Below, one piece after another: positions 12,491 to 25,190 of a stretch of DNA of 64,000 bases. The notes below the pieces were generated by a model. The model was given only the letters and a program-made list of their open reading frames with translations, was not told the DNA's origin and made no database searches. The first letter of the stretch is position 1. Each line of letters starts with the position of its first letter. Origin of the DNA: Okamejei kenojei (lineage: Eukaryota); NCBI GenBank assembly GCA_035221665.1, contig CM069162.1:18352001-18416000 (forward strand), in the 5' to 3' direction. Made by a program: the position numbers and the translations under genes.

Positions 12491-12719
12491 TCTATTTCAG
12501 GTTGAAGACCCTTCATCAGAACTGGATCATTACCTCAGTACGTTTTGTCAGAATATAATCTTTTCACACAAGGAGTCTGTTCAGAGCATTGAGTTTAAAC
12601 TGACTCAATCCAGTACGTTTGTTGTTTCTTTGTTTCGGCAAATCCCCACAAAAAGTACTACTTATTCCATATTTATTATCTCCAATATTTCATCTGGATT
12701 TTGGATTTTCACCTCCAAG

Positions 12720-13130
12720 GTGAAACTTGTTCACATAGCACCTTGCACAAACTCAGGCACTTCACAGCAAAACCTAGATTCGCAGTGTTGACATTGCGAT
12801 AATGGACAAAACAGTCTTACAAATTAAAATAAAATGTTGACCTTAGATTTCCTCCAGCTCACGAATCAGTGATGCCAGGTGAAAATAAATCCTTCCCAAT
12901 GCAATACAGTCCCTTGCTCCTCTTCAAACCAGTGCCATGGGAACATCAAGTTTCCCCGAGAGGACAGACCAGGCCTTGGGTCACTGCCTTGTCTAAAAGA
13001 TGACATCTCCCACAGTGCTACATACACTCCCTCGGTGCCTTGTTCGACTGTCAGCTGGAATTACGAGTCAACAGAGACCGTGTTTTGAATTCATGACCTG
13101 CGGGCTGAGGAGAGACCATTGCCGACTTCT
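12720..13130 (-). mobile_element. Old Deu-domain SINE (SacSINE1/AmnSINE1-like)
   Basis: AGTGCCATGGGA..GAGAGGACAGAC..AAAGATGACATCTCC.ACAGTGC..CACTCCCTC.GT..TGTCAGC resembles the reverse-complemented Deu core as I recall it; tail-like ATAGCACC..CACTTCACAGC at ~12735-12770. Confidence 0.6.
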
Positions 13131-13999
13131 ACTCAGGGCATGGTCGAGAATGTTGAAATAAAATAATCAAGCAATACTCTCTCACTGCGACAATACTGCT
13201 GCCAGTGCCCCCGTCCAGATTTTCAAAGTTACAGCGAAGATCAGATGTCAGCAAAGTCTGTGGATAACACCACTGACAAGTTCAACAGAAAGGAAGTACA
13301 CTTCATACCACGATGCTGCAGAGTTCGAGAAACATTTTCAAAAAGATTTATTAGTTCAATGCGAAACTCCAAACACAATTGTGATTATTATTTATAAAGC
13401 TTGAAGCTCATCAGATCCGTTTTGGTTGCAACGGCCCAGAAATGTATCGGCACTAATTGCGGAAAAAACATCGTTTGACAATCTGGGGTTGCTCTGGTTA
13501 CTGCCGTCACCTTCCCACGCTTCCATTTGGTGTGTGGCCCATGCCAAGGTTGAAGGAACGACACATTCTTCACACACCTTTACAACTCGCTGGTGTTTAG
13601 CGATTTTGTTTTCCCCAAGCTTCTCTCAAAACCAGGCAGCGTTCTGCAAAGACATATCGTTAAAAATAGGTCTTCGCTGCAATGATTAATTGACACCAAA
13701 CTTCACTGAATTAAGGAAGAGAATTCCACGTCAACATTCACTTGTATCCACATAAAAACACTTGCCACATTTACTAATGCAATTCAGTGGTTAAGCCAGT
13801 GTTTGACAGGGGAGCCCAAAACTTATTATTATAGTAAACAAAAGTAAAAAGAACTGCAGATGCTGGCAATGTGAAATGCTAGTAGAAATACTGGAAGCAC
13901 TCAGCAGTCCAGGCAGCATCTGTGGAAAGAGAAATAGGACTAATGTTCCATCAGCCTAAAACTCATGCTCTATACTATTGGAACAGTTACCTGTGATCA

Positions 14000-15200
14000 G
14001 TCAGTCAGCCAATCGGTCAATTTTGTTTGTATACCACATTTAAAAACAACTCACGTTGACCAAAGTGCTGTACATTAGTGCAGATACCAATGTGTTACAT
14101 ACAATGGTACACAGACCAAACAACACATACATAAACTGGTTACAGCGCCCCCTCAGAGGGCCTCTGAAACGCTAGGGAGTAGAAATAGGTTTTGAGCCTC
14201 GACTTAAAGGAGTCGATGGAGGGGGTGGTTCTGATGAGGAGAGGGATGCTGTTCCACAGTCTAGGTGCGGCAACCACGGTCACCCCTGAGCTTAAACCTA
14301 GACCTCGGGATAGTCAGTAGCCCCAAGTCGGCCGACCTGAGGGACCTGGAGATAGAATGGTGGGTTAGAAGATTTTTAATATTAGGTAGGGGTGGGGGCG
14401 GGGGGGGGGGAGGGGGGGAAGAAGTCTGTTTTGAAGTGGCTTTGTATACGAATAAGAGGAGCTTTAAGTTGAATCTGTACCGTACTGGGAGCCAGTGGAG
14501 AGAGGCCAGAATCAGGGTGATGTACTTTTACGGGTACCGGTCAGAAGTCTCGCTGCGGCATTTTGAGCCAATTGCAGGCGGGACAGGGATGATTGGCTGA
14601 TGCCAGTTTAGAGGGAGTTGCAGTAGTCAAGGCGGGAGGAGATGAATGCGTGGATGATTTTTTCAAGGTCCTCGAATTGGACGAATGGTTTGATTTTATC
14701 TGTGGTACGAAGCTGGAAGAAACTTACTTTTACCACAGAGTTGACTTGCTTGTCAAACTTTAATGCGGAGTCAAATATCACGCCATGGTTTTTGTCGTGC
14801 GGTTTGACTAAGGAGGTTAGGCTTCCAAGGCCTACTCAACTGTTATTGTGTTGATGGAGTTGGAGCGGCCAAGTAGGATGCCCTCAGACTTGCTCTCGCT
14901 TAGTTGGAGGAAGTTCTGGGCCATCCAACACTTTATATCCTCGAGGCAGTGCATGAGGCTGATTGAATTTGACCGGTTGTTGGGTTTCAGGGGGAGATAG
15001 AGCTGTGTGTCATCTGCATAACAGTGGAAAGAAATGCCGCACTTTTGAATCACTTGGCTGAGGGGGAGCATGTACAGAGAGAAGAGAATGGGGCCTAGGA
15101 TGGAGCCTTGTGGCACGTCGCAGAAAAGGCTAGCTGGGCAAGAGAAAGAATTGCTTACGTTGGTAGAGAAACTCCTATTTTTGAGGTAGTAAGAGTCACA
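14000..15200 (-). mobile_element. L2-clade LINE, 5'-truncated (RT C-terminus and 3' UTR)
   Basis: VPQGSILGPILFSLYMLPL..FHCYADDTQLY..WMAQNFLQL in ORF 14832-15230; 3' end TGTACAGCACTTTGGTCAAC..TTTTAAATGTG plus (TGAC)n-like tail. Confidence 0.9.
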
Positions 15201-15499
15201 GTAAGATTGCTCACATTGCTCAAGGTTCAACCTTGAAAGTATTTGGAACTACCACATTACTACCTGGTAATTCACTGAGCCAACCAAGACCATTGCGTTC
15301 AACAATGGATGGACGCAATGGATCAACAGGGGCACTTGCCTCAAAAGGAGAAGATCGTGTTGATAGTTAAGCAACAAAAAGCTGGTCATTCTGCACATTA
15401 GCAATAGCCTTTCAGGTTTAAATATGTATATATTGGACCCCAATAAAAGTTACCTTCAGAAGGAATATAATGAAAATGTTGAAATTGTAGCAAACTTGG

Positions 15500-15770
15500 G
15501 ACGGCATGATGGCGCAGTGGTAAATTTGCTGCCTTACAGTGCCAGAGCGCGGGGTTCGATCCCAGCTATGGATGCTGTCTGGATGGAGTCTGTACGATCT
15601 AACTGTAGCCGCATGGTTTTTCTCCAGGTGCCCCCAAAGACGTAGAGGTTTGTAGGTTAATTGGCTTCGGTAAAATTGTAAATTGTCCCTGGTGTGCAGT
15701 TTACTGGGTGATCACGGGTCGGTGCGGACATGGTGGGCTAAAGGACCTGTTCCAGCGCTGCATCTCTAAA
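15500..15770 (+). mobile_element. HE1/V-SINE (internally deleted)
   Basis: A/B boxes and CR1-like tail as in the 3888 copy. Confidence 0.85.
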
Positions 15771-16344
15771 GCGGCGATTTCTAGGAAAATTGAGTGGTTC
15801 ATTGGGTAATTACAAAAAAAATATTTGACGGGCTTTAGCCTACAACTAATGAATGGATGAGGAACATGATGATGCTCATTCCACTCACCTCATGAGTACT
15901 TGTTATGCCACAGGTTGAAGGGGATAAAAGTATCCGTAGAAATATAGCCATAAAGTATACATAGGAAGGGCAAGGCAGGTGGGCTCAAGGAAGCTTGAAT
16001 GACGAGAGAAATCGAGGCTCTGGTCTGGAAAAAGGCATCACACAAGGCAGCAGGTACAACCAGTAGAGATTGATCGCCCCCAACAAGACCTGCACTAATT
16101 ATGTAAATGAGCTGACAATTTGCAGATGGAATTTAATTTTGATAAGTGTATAGCGACGTGCACCGCTGCAAATAATTACCAACAAAACTGTTTCACAAAT
16201 TACCATGCAATTCTGCACCAGGCCAAAGGAATTGGAGACATCTGAACCACGGCGGCACACTTACAGTGATCAGCTCGGGCGCACTATGGACCCAAATGAT
16301 CCCTGGCCAGTAACAGAGGAAACCTAAACTCCATCCACATGGTT

Positions 16345-16552
16345 AGCAAGGAACTGTAGACATTGTGCAAAACTAAGTGCTGGAGCAACTCAGCGGGTCA
16401 GGCAGCATCTGTGGGGGGGAATGGATAGCTGACATTTAGGGTCCATTTCAAACTAGAGTCTGAAAGAAGGGTCTCGACCCGAAATGCCAGCTACCCATTC
16501 CCTCCACAGATGTCGCGTGACTTGCTGAGTTACTCCTGCACTTTGTGTTTTG
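16345..16552. mobile_element. Inverted pair of Penelope-type pLTR units
   Basis: GCTGGAGCAACTCAGCGGGTCAGGCAGCATC ... GAAGGGTCTCGACCCGAAA ... GCTGAGTTACTCC.GCAC. Confidence 0.7.
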
Positions 16553-16616
16553 CTTGATGTGTGGATGATAGCTGAAACTGCGATGGGGTGAATGAGAAAA
16601 ACAGGAGAGAGACAGA

Positions 16617-17315
16617 NNNNNNNNNNNNNNNNNNNNNNNNNNNNNNNNNNNNNNNNNNNNNNNNNNNNNNNNNNNNNNNNNNNNNNNNNNNNNNNNNNNN
16701 NNNNNNNNNNNNNNNNNNNNNNNNNNNNNNNNNNNNNNNNNNNNNNNNNNNNNNNNNNNNNNNNNNNNNNNNNNNNNNNNNNNNNNNNNNNNNNNNNNNN
16801 NNNNNNNNNNNNNNNNNNNNNNNNNNNNNNNNNNNNNNNNNNNNNNNNNNNNNNNNNNNNNNNNNNNNNNNNNNNNNNNNNNNNNNNNNNNNNNNNNNNN
16901 NNNNNNNNNNNNNNNNNNNNNNNNNNNNNNNNNNNNNNNNNNNNNNNNNNNNNNNNNNNNNNNNNNNNNNNNNNNNNACAGAGGCAGACAGAGGCAGACA
17001 GAGGCANNNNNNNNNNNNNNNNNNNNNNNNNNNNNNNNNNNNNNNNNNNNNNNNNNNNNNNNNNNNNNNNNNNNNNNNNNNNNNNNNNNNNNNNNNNNNN
17101 NNNNNNNNNNNNNNNNNNNNNNNNNNNNNNNNNNNNNNNNNNNNNNNNNNNNNNNNNNNNNNNNNNNNNNNNNNNNNNNNNNNNNNNNNNNNNNNNNNNN
17201 NNNNNNNNNNNNNNNNNNNNNNNNNNNNNNNNNNNNNNNNNNNNNNNNNNNNNNNNNNNNNNNNNNNNNNNNNNNNNNNNNNNNNNNNNNNNNNNNNNNN
17301 NNNNNNNNNNNNNNN
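16617..17315. other. Assembly gaps/masked runs around a (CAGAGGCAGA)n simple repeat
   Basis: N runs 16617-16977 and 17007-17315; the 29-nt island between them is a 10-bp tandem repeat. Confidence 0.95.
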
Positions 17316-18954
17316 GGCTGCTGCAATAACAGCATCTATTAAGAACCATCAGTTGTCCATCAAAAACCTGTGCCTTTGGAGCAAAATGCAGGGTCAACAA
17401 TATACTTCAGGGTTTAATTAAACTAGAATAATTATTCATTAACATTGAATGGAAGCAATCAGTATTAAATGACCAAAGATATATTCATCACTGGCTATGG
17501 TCATTCTAGATAATTGACGCAATGGGTTCACGTTGTTCACTGTTTCACCAATCTATACTTGTAAACCATCCAAATGCTGATAAGTCTAGAGCTGAAATGA
17601 TGTAGCTCTCCTTTGAGAAACCTTGGGCAAGACTGATTTAAACCCTTCCATGCTGATCCAAGCAGTTCAGAAATTACGCGTTAAAAAGGCCAACACAAGC
17701 AGAATTCTGATTTTGCCATGAAATCCAGTATTGAAAGGGCCAGTTTAATACATAGCTTCCCCGAGTCTACCTCAATGGTCAAAGACGCAAAGTAGATCAG
17801 GCTGCATCATGAAGAACATTAGTACGGGTGTCAGGGGTTATGTGGAGAAGGCAGGAGAATGGGGTTAGGAGGGAGAGATAGATCTGCCATGATTGAATGG
17901 TGGAGAAGACATGATGGGCCAAATGGCCTAATTCTTCTCAGGTCACATATGACCTAATGGATAGGTGACATTCCAGGTGCAGGTTCAAAATGTCACATCC
18001 ATGTTTCCCAGAGACGCTGCCTAACGTGCTGAGTTACTCCAACACTATTTGTCTTTTTCTGTAAAACCCAGCATCTGCAATTTCTTATATCAATGGTTAA
18101 AGTGACTACTTTATGCCCATTAACTTTGAAGATCATCCAAAAACAAAATCCCGCAACAAACAACTGTGCTTCAAATGCATGCTTACAAATCAAAATGACA
18201 AAAATATGAATAATCTAAGTTAAAATTAGCCATGTTCCAGCAGGTGACTACTGTGTACAATGCCCAGAATGTCTCCCACACACAAGGATAATTCAAGTAG
18301 AAGTAATTTGTTATTACAAAAGCTGAAATGCCCAAACCACTAACCTCAAAATTAATCTTGTTTACAAGATGCTGCAATTATATCAAGGGTCTCATTTACA
18401 ACTTCATTTTAAATAATATTCCAAGCAAAATGTGCCTCAGTGTTTTGCTGTTCAACAAAGTAGTGTTGGTTTTCTAATGCCCTTTTAACCTTTTCTATTT
18501 GCTCATTTTCTTTTTCATGTTTTAGACTCTTATAAACATTACCCTTGTGCACATTTCTCCCCTCTCCCCTTCCATTCTTTCTCTCTCACACACATTATCC
18601 CCCCCCCCTTCCCCCAACCCCCCCATTTTGCACACACCAGACTCTTAAAATGCTGTCTACACTTTAACTATCATAAGTTCATGTGGTAGGAGCAGAATTA
18701 GGCCATTCGGCCCATCAGGTCTACTCTGCCATTCAATCATAACAAATCTACCTTTCCCTCTCAACCCATTCTCTTGCCTTCTCGCTACATAACCCCCGAC
18801 ACCCTAACTAATCAAGAATCGATCTCTGCCTTAAAAATATCCATTGATGGCCTCCACAGCCATCTGTGACAATGGATTCCACCGATTCAATCAGACACGG
18901 CTCACTACGTCACTTAAAGATGTAATTTTATAACCTATACTGGCTACCAACACA

Positions 18955-19168
18955 GGTTGATCATCGTCTGCTTTGATCTGTCCTTTTCACACCTTACCCT
19001 TCTACATTTATAGTTTCCCTCTCCCCTGCCACTCAGTCCGAAGAAGGGTCTTGACCCGAAACATCACCTTTTCCTTTTCTCCCGAGATGCTGTCTGTTCT
19101 GCTGAGTTACTCCAGCATTTTGTGTCTGTCTTCAGTGTAAACCAGCATCTGCAGTTCCTTCCTACACA
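18955..19168 (+). mobile_element. Penelope-type pLTR unit
   Basis: GAAGAAGGGTCTTGACCCGAAAC..GCTGAGTTACTCCAGCATTTTGTGTCT..AAACCAGCATCTGCAGTTCCTTCCTACAC; similar units at ~17960-18085, 19715-19880, 24303-24433, 39857-39945, 48160-48225, 51922-52012, 52295-52600, 52835-52960, 60575-60720. Confidence 0.75.
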
Positions 19169-19984
19169 TAAGTTTGCCCTGTGTTTGAGAGTGCTGCTGC
19201 TGGTATTATAGCAATGGCATTATCCATTACATTAATGGGTTTATGTCTCCAACAAAACTAATTATGGAGAGGAGGAAAAAAATTCATACATCAAGATACC
19301 GTCATTAAAGAGAATAGAGACATTTAGAGCACATTGTTACGTGGTATGGATTATCTGTGCTCCATTTAGACTTCCTTTTGCCCCAGGCTCTTCTCAAAAA
19401 TATGATAAATAGTCAAGATAAGAGTTTGAAAATCTGTAATTAAAAAATATACAGATATGCTCTTCTAGGTTGTGCAGGCCCTGATAAAATTCGCAGGCAT
19501 CTGCCATCGAAGTGGATGCAAAATTGTTTCCAGCATGGAGCTATATTTAAAGTACACCCAATAGGTGGTCCTGTGTTCTTGTCCATTTCTATTGAAATAG
19601 ATCATCGGACACCAACTAGTATTGCCATCTGCTTGCCGACTCAGGTTTTCTATTATTGGAACAGAAAATACAGGACAAATTTCAGCTAAATGAGGACAAT
19701 CTACATCAGAAGACATCTATATCAACTCTCTATAGCTCACCGTCTATATCTCATGTTTCTCTTTCCCCAGGCTCTCAGTCTGAAGAAGGGTCTCGACCCG
19801 AAATGTCACCTACTCCGTTTCTCCAGTGATGCTGTCTGACCCGTTGAGTCTCTCCAGCATTTTGTGCCCATCTTCAGCTAAATGAAGAGTGTATGTGGCT
19901 AGACGAAGCTGTCAGTGTGTGATGCTTATTGTCTATAAGCGGGGTTATTTTAGTAAGGATGGAGAGCAAAATTAAATTACAGAA

Positions 19985-20270
19985 AGACAGCACAATGACG
20001 CAGCGGTATAGCTACTGCCCGACTACAGGTCCTGTCTGTACGGAGTTTGTATGTTCTCCCTGTGACCACGTGGGATTTCTCAGAGATCTTTGGTTTCTTC
20101 CCACACTCCAAAGATGCTCAGGTTTGTAGGATAATTGGCTTGGCATAAGTGTAAATTCTCCCTGAGTGTGTGTAGGATGTGTTTATGTGCAGGGATCGCT
20201 GGTCGGTGAGGACTCGGTGGGCCGAAGGGCCTGTTTCCACACTCCATCTCTAAACCAAATTAAACTAAAT
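19985..20270 (+). mobile_element. HE1/V-SINE
   Basis: Shortened head, V-domain and GGGCCGAAGGGCCTGTTTCC tail. Confidence 0.85.
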
Positions 20271-20806
20271 CTGTAATCTAAATGCAAGCCCTCCTCCCCT
20301 ACTTTTAATGTAATTAATGCCCCTTTCTCAGCCATCAATTCTAGTTTTTTTTTGTACGTTAGATGTAAGTTCATACTCAGAACCAAAACCCAAAGCCAAA
20401 CCATGAAAACACATAGGTTTAAAGAAGGAACTGCAGATGCTGGAGAATCGAGGGTACACTGAAAACACATAGCTCTGATGATTACCACTTGGCTTTTCCT
20501 CACTATGCTTTATAGCTGCAAAAGCACAGTGATCAAATAGCCACTTACTGTGGAGTCACCAATAAATCCACTGGGAATGTCCAGTTCAAAGTGGTTAGCC
20601 TTGTATGGCAATTTAGCCGCTATTTGTGGCCAATTTGGAGAAGACACGAATCGTGTCTGCTTCTGAATTCTCTGCTGCCAGCAATGTTTTCCAAAGGTCA
20701 CTGGTTAACCCCAGTAAAAGGCAGGTGTTCACGGCAATAATATTTCAGTCACGTCATTCTGGCACACTCACAACGCTAGGAAGGTGTAAAACGGGTGAAG
20801 CTAACC

Positions 20807-20847
20807 AGCCCAGAGCCCAGAGCCCAGAGCCCAGAGCCCAGAGCCCA
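20807..20847. repeat. (AGAGCCC)n 7-bp tandem repeat
   Basis: About 5-6 consecutive copies visible. Confidence 0.9.
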
Positions 20848-22519
20848 CACCTGTTTTGACACCCTTTAGACTTTAGAGTTACTGCACAAAGGAGGGAAAC
20901 TTGGTGGGGCAGGGTGTGGTGGAGATGTCCCTGAAACAAGGGAAGGGATTGCACCCCAGGGGTCCACACGAGTGGCAAGGGTGTCTGGTATAATAACAGA
21001 CTGCTGAATGCTACCATGTTGTAACAATGCTGATGAATATACTGTAGGTTTAGCCGCTGAGAATTTTCAGGAATTTTGCAGAGTTTTTTTTTACAGAGTC
21101 AGAGTCATAGAGCATGGAAACATGCCCCTCGGCACAACTTGCACACACCGACCAACATGTCCAATCTACGTTTGTCCCACCTACCTGCATTCGGCCCATA
21201 TCCCTCTAAACCTGTCCTATCCATTTTTATATATATTTTTTTTTAATTCTGAATAAAGTTTATTTTGGTTAATATTTTTTTTTAAATTGGGCTTTGCTAT
21301 TGGACTCAACATGAAGTTCAGTGACAGAGCATGGGGACACTTGCACCGACTCATCCATTATTGCCTGCACAGTATCCCCGTAACTGAACTCATCAACAAA
21401 CTGCGATCGGTCATTGGTCTTTGCACAGTAAAAACAATTGAAAGTCATATTTTCTGGAGCAACATGGAATAAAGCGACAAATAGTTTAATAGTGTGACAT
21501 TGGTGTTGCTGGTAAAAAATAAAGAGACTATATTCTTTCCTCAAGTGTTGCCTTGGCTATTATTGGTAAAGCAAGAAATGTAAACCCATAATTTATAGAT
21601 CAGTCACTTGAACACAAGCACATCGCTACCACTTTGAATCCTTGAGACTGCAGTTTAAGAGGCATTAAATTTATCTTTTATTGCGGAGTAATCCATGGGG
21701 GGGGGGGGGGTGTCTTAAGGAAGAGGCAATGAGAAAAAGGGGATTAGGGTCAGGGATTCAATAGCTTTTCACCAAAAATAGACAATGAGGGACCTATATA
21801 AAATGCATACAGTACGTGCTGCATACACAATCTTCTGGGAGTCTTTAACTATAAATAGCAAAGCACCCCATTATTCTCTCCACTTTCAGCATTGTGATGG
21901 GAAACCACAAGTCTACACCACAAGCAGGTACAATTCTTTGACTCCATTCACCTTCAAAACACACATGATAGTGCGTTACTTTCAATGGCCAGTGCTTATC
22001 ACAGCATGGGCAGAGGCACACACACACACACACACACACACTATTTGGCCATTCCTTTTGAAAATGTACGCATGCATCTTCTCAAAAAGCAATACCCCAA
22101 AAAGCAGAACAATAAAAAAGGAACAGACGTCCAAGGTAGACAGTAAATCACCACCAAGTTCGAGTTTATTGTCCTACGCATGAGTACGGTGAGGTACAGG
22201 TCACAAAGGATCATGCTTGCAGCATTACAGGCACACAGCCTCAAACACACAAAAGCAAATTGCACATAAGCCATGGATAAAATGTTGATACCATGGAGCA
22301 TGGGACAGGAGCAAAGACCAAATGGTATCTGTGTATGTCAGTATTGATGGTTCTCAATTACAAGTTAATTTTTTTTTTAATTAAAAAAAAACTTAAATTT
22401 CTAGCAATAAGGAGGGTTTATAAAGTTTTAAAATTATTGTATCTCCAAGGTTCAAGCTATGGATCTTAAGGTATTTAGTCGTTTAAAGGCCAGTTGATGG
22501 AGTTCAGGCCTAGCTTGTG

Positions 22520-23650
22520 CTGGTAAGGATGAAGGATAAGGGTGGCAAAGTAGGGGAACTTTGATCAAAGAGGCTGTAAATGTGGTCAAAAAGAAGGAAC
22601 CACATGCAAGATTGAAGAGGATGGAATCAGGGTATTTGAGGAATATAAAGAAAGGAGGAAATAACTCAATTGGACAATTAGCAGGACCAAAAGAGGGCAG
22701 AAAATGGTTTTGGTGAATCAGATTGAGGAAAATCCCAAAGCTCTTCATACCTATATTAAAAATAAGAGGGTAACCAGAGAGAAGGTAGGATCTCATACTT
22801 GCTTAAAGATTGTAGAGGGCAAGGCAGTGACATTACCCATACGGACTTTAGCAAGGTCTTTGACACGTTCCGCATGGGAGGATAGTCTGGATAGCTAGGT
22901 CAATCATATGCATCCAACGTTAGCTGGCTAATTGCATTCAAAATTGGCTTAAAGAATGAGTACAGAGGCCTGTGACAAGTAGTGTACCACACGGGCCAGT
23001 TCCGTTTTTTGTTCGCTACCTTAACTGTTTAGATGACAATGCGGTTAACATTATTAATAAGTTCACAGATAACATCGAAATTGATGACAGGGTGAATGAT
23101 GAGAAAGGATATCCAAGTTTTCCACAGGATTAGAAAGGTGGGTGAAGAAATGGCAAATGGAATTTAAATCGGACAAATATGATAAGCTGCACTTTGGTAT
23201 GTGAGGGGGTGGTGAAAAACGTATTTGACATGCTCGACTTCGTTGGGAAGGGTCTTCAGTTCAAAAATGGGGACAAGATGATAAAGCTGTACACATCGTT
23301 GGTGAGATCACACTTGTAGTACATTAAAGTGGAAAGGGTGCAGGAAAGATTCACCAGGAGGTTACCTGGACACGCGGGCTTGAGTTATAAGGAGCAGCTG
23401 GATCCTCTTTCTTTGGAGTGCAAGAGCTCACAGCGTTGTCCATATCTGGAACAAGCTGCCAGACAAAGTTATACAAGTGGGTGGAAATAAGACATTCAAA
23501 TGACATTTGCACGGATATATGGATAGGACATGTTTAGAGGGATAATCGACAAAATGCAGGTAACTGGGACTACCCCATAATACCAACTTGTCCAGTATGG
23601 AAAAGTTGGGCCAAATGACCCGTTTTCATGCTGTGTGGCCTTCTAACTCG
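22520..23650 (+). mobile_element. Decayed CR1 LINE, multiply deleted ORF2 plus 3' tail
   Basis: IEENPKALHTYIKNKRVTREKVG, GACTTTAGCAAGG (DFSK), TGGCAAATGGAATTTAA (WQMEF), GTGCAGGAAAGATTCACCAGG. Confidence 0.8.
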
Positions 23651-24944
23651 ATCAATATTTCGGCATCCTAACAAATGTTGAAACGGCTTTAACAAATCCA
23701 AAGCAGACTTAAAAATCCATTATCAAGAAACAACCCAGTAGTAACAAGTTGAACAACTTTTTGAGAACTATGTAATTAACCTTGTTTGCAGTTTGCTTTG
23801 AATATTAGGCTTTGCTGTCCATAAGATTACTACTTCCTTAATCAGCTGAAAGTGAATGAACTGCAAATTGTTTCAGGAGATTCTTTCCCTTTGATGGATT
23901 GAGTTTAAGGAATTTGGGTCCCTGTAGAAAACAATACATTAAAAATGTAAGAAGTAGAGCAGCTGCCAAGGAGGCATTCGTTTCTTCTTTGGCTTCTGTT
24001 TACAGTACACTTCTACATTTGGTTTTTGATGACTCCACAGGGACAACCTTTTGCCCACCAGTGAAGTTTTACACAAGCGCCTTACCTGAAGGTAAAAAAA
24101 TAATACATCCTTGGCAATTTAATAGCAATTAGCAAACACATGTTCTTGAGGCATTCCACTAATGGGAGGTGAAAATGTATTTTCAGTCAGATGGCATTTG
24201 GAAAAATGCAAGCAGTCTTGCTGATCGATTGGCACCATCTCAAGCCTTCCGCAAATGGCAGTCTCGGGGCAAACCAAGAGCAGCTGATAGAGAAAGTGGA
24301 ATCCTAAAGAAGGGTCTTGACCCAAAACGTCACCCTTTCCTTCTCTCCAGAGAGGCTGCCTGTCCCATTGAGTTACTCCAGCTTTTTGTGCCTATCTTTG
24401 GGTTAAACCAGCATCTGCAGTTCCTTCCTACACGTGGAATAGTAAGATTAAATGAGAACTTACCAGTTTGAAGTTTGATCTTGATTTTATGAGGAGTTAC
24501 GTTGGTGATTACGTGAAGAAGGCCCGCCAGGCTGCATGCGCAGCAAACTTCAAAGCAGCGGTATGAAATCACAAATAAACAACACCGAAATAAACAGTAA
24601 GATCAGTGACTCGAGAACTACCAGATGATCTTTTATGAGAGAGGGTTGGGCGTGGTGGGCACGTAATCACCAACGTAACGCCTCATAAAATCAAGATCAA
24701 ACTGCAAACTGGTAAGTTCTCGTTTAATCTTACTATTTTACTTTGGAGTCACGTGAGTGATTCCATGAAGAGTTCAAAGCTTTGCGATTTCATGCCGCAG
24801 ATTACAATCTCGGCATCCCACTGCATTTGATTGACTCGAAAGAGAAATAAATGCATTAGTAATAACATTGTATTCAATGTAATAATAGGGTTTATTTAAC
24901 AATGTAAACAAACAACAGTACCTCTAAAATTTAGGTATTTAAAA

Positions 24945-25190
24945 TGTCATTGGCAAACAGCCCTGGATTGACAATTGGCCGATGATAAAATTCTGAAACA
25001 TCAGCTCATTTGCCCATCCGACGGCCGCTAAAATTTGGTCGAAGGACACATCCCTCCCTTTGGCCGCCAACATAGCTGCTGCCCTAGTATAATGAGATGT
25101 AAACACACTATCTAAATGATATACTGACATTGATGCTGACCTGGTGGAATGAGACGTACAATCGTAAATGTTAATACCTGTTGCAGCCAC
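24945..25190 (-). pseudogene. DIRS tyrosine recombinase C-terminal remnant
   Basis: GINIYDCTSHSTRSASMS (H-x-x-R box) and VSFDQILAAVGWANELMFQNF, typical of DIRS YR C-termini. Confidence 0.85.

Noticed and set aside
16448-17421. Long ORFs of 245-315 aa
   Set aside because: Artefacts of N runs
20549-20700. Possible minus-strand exon (TFGKHCWQQ..GFIGDST) ending at ACA|GTAAGT
   Set aside because: Good donor, but weak acceptor, no recognisable protein, and its end phase (0) is incompatible with the 1708-1798 exon (phase 2)
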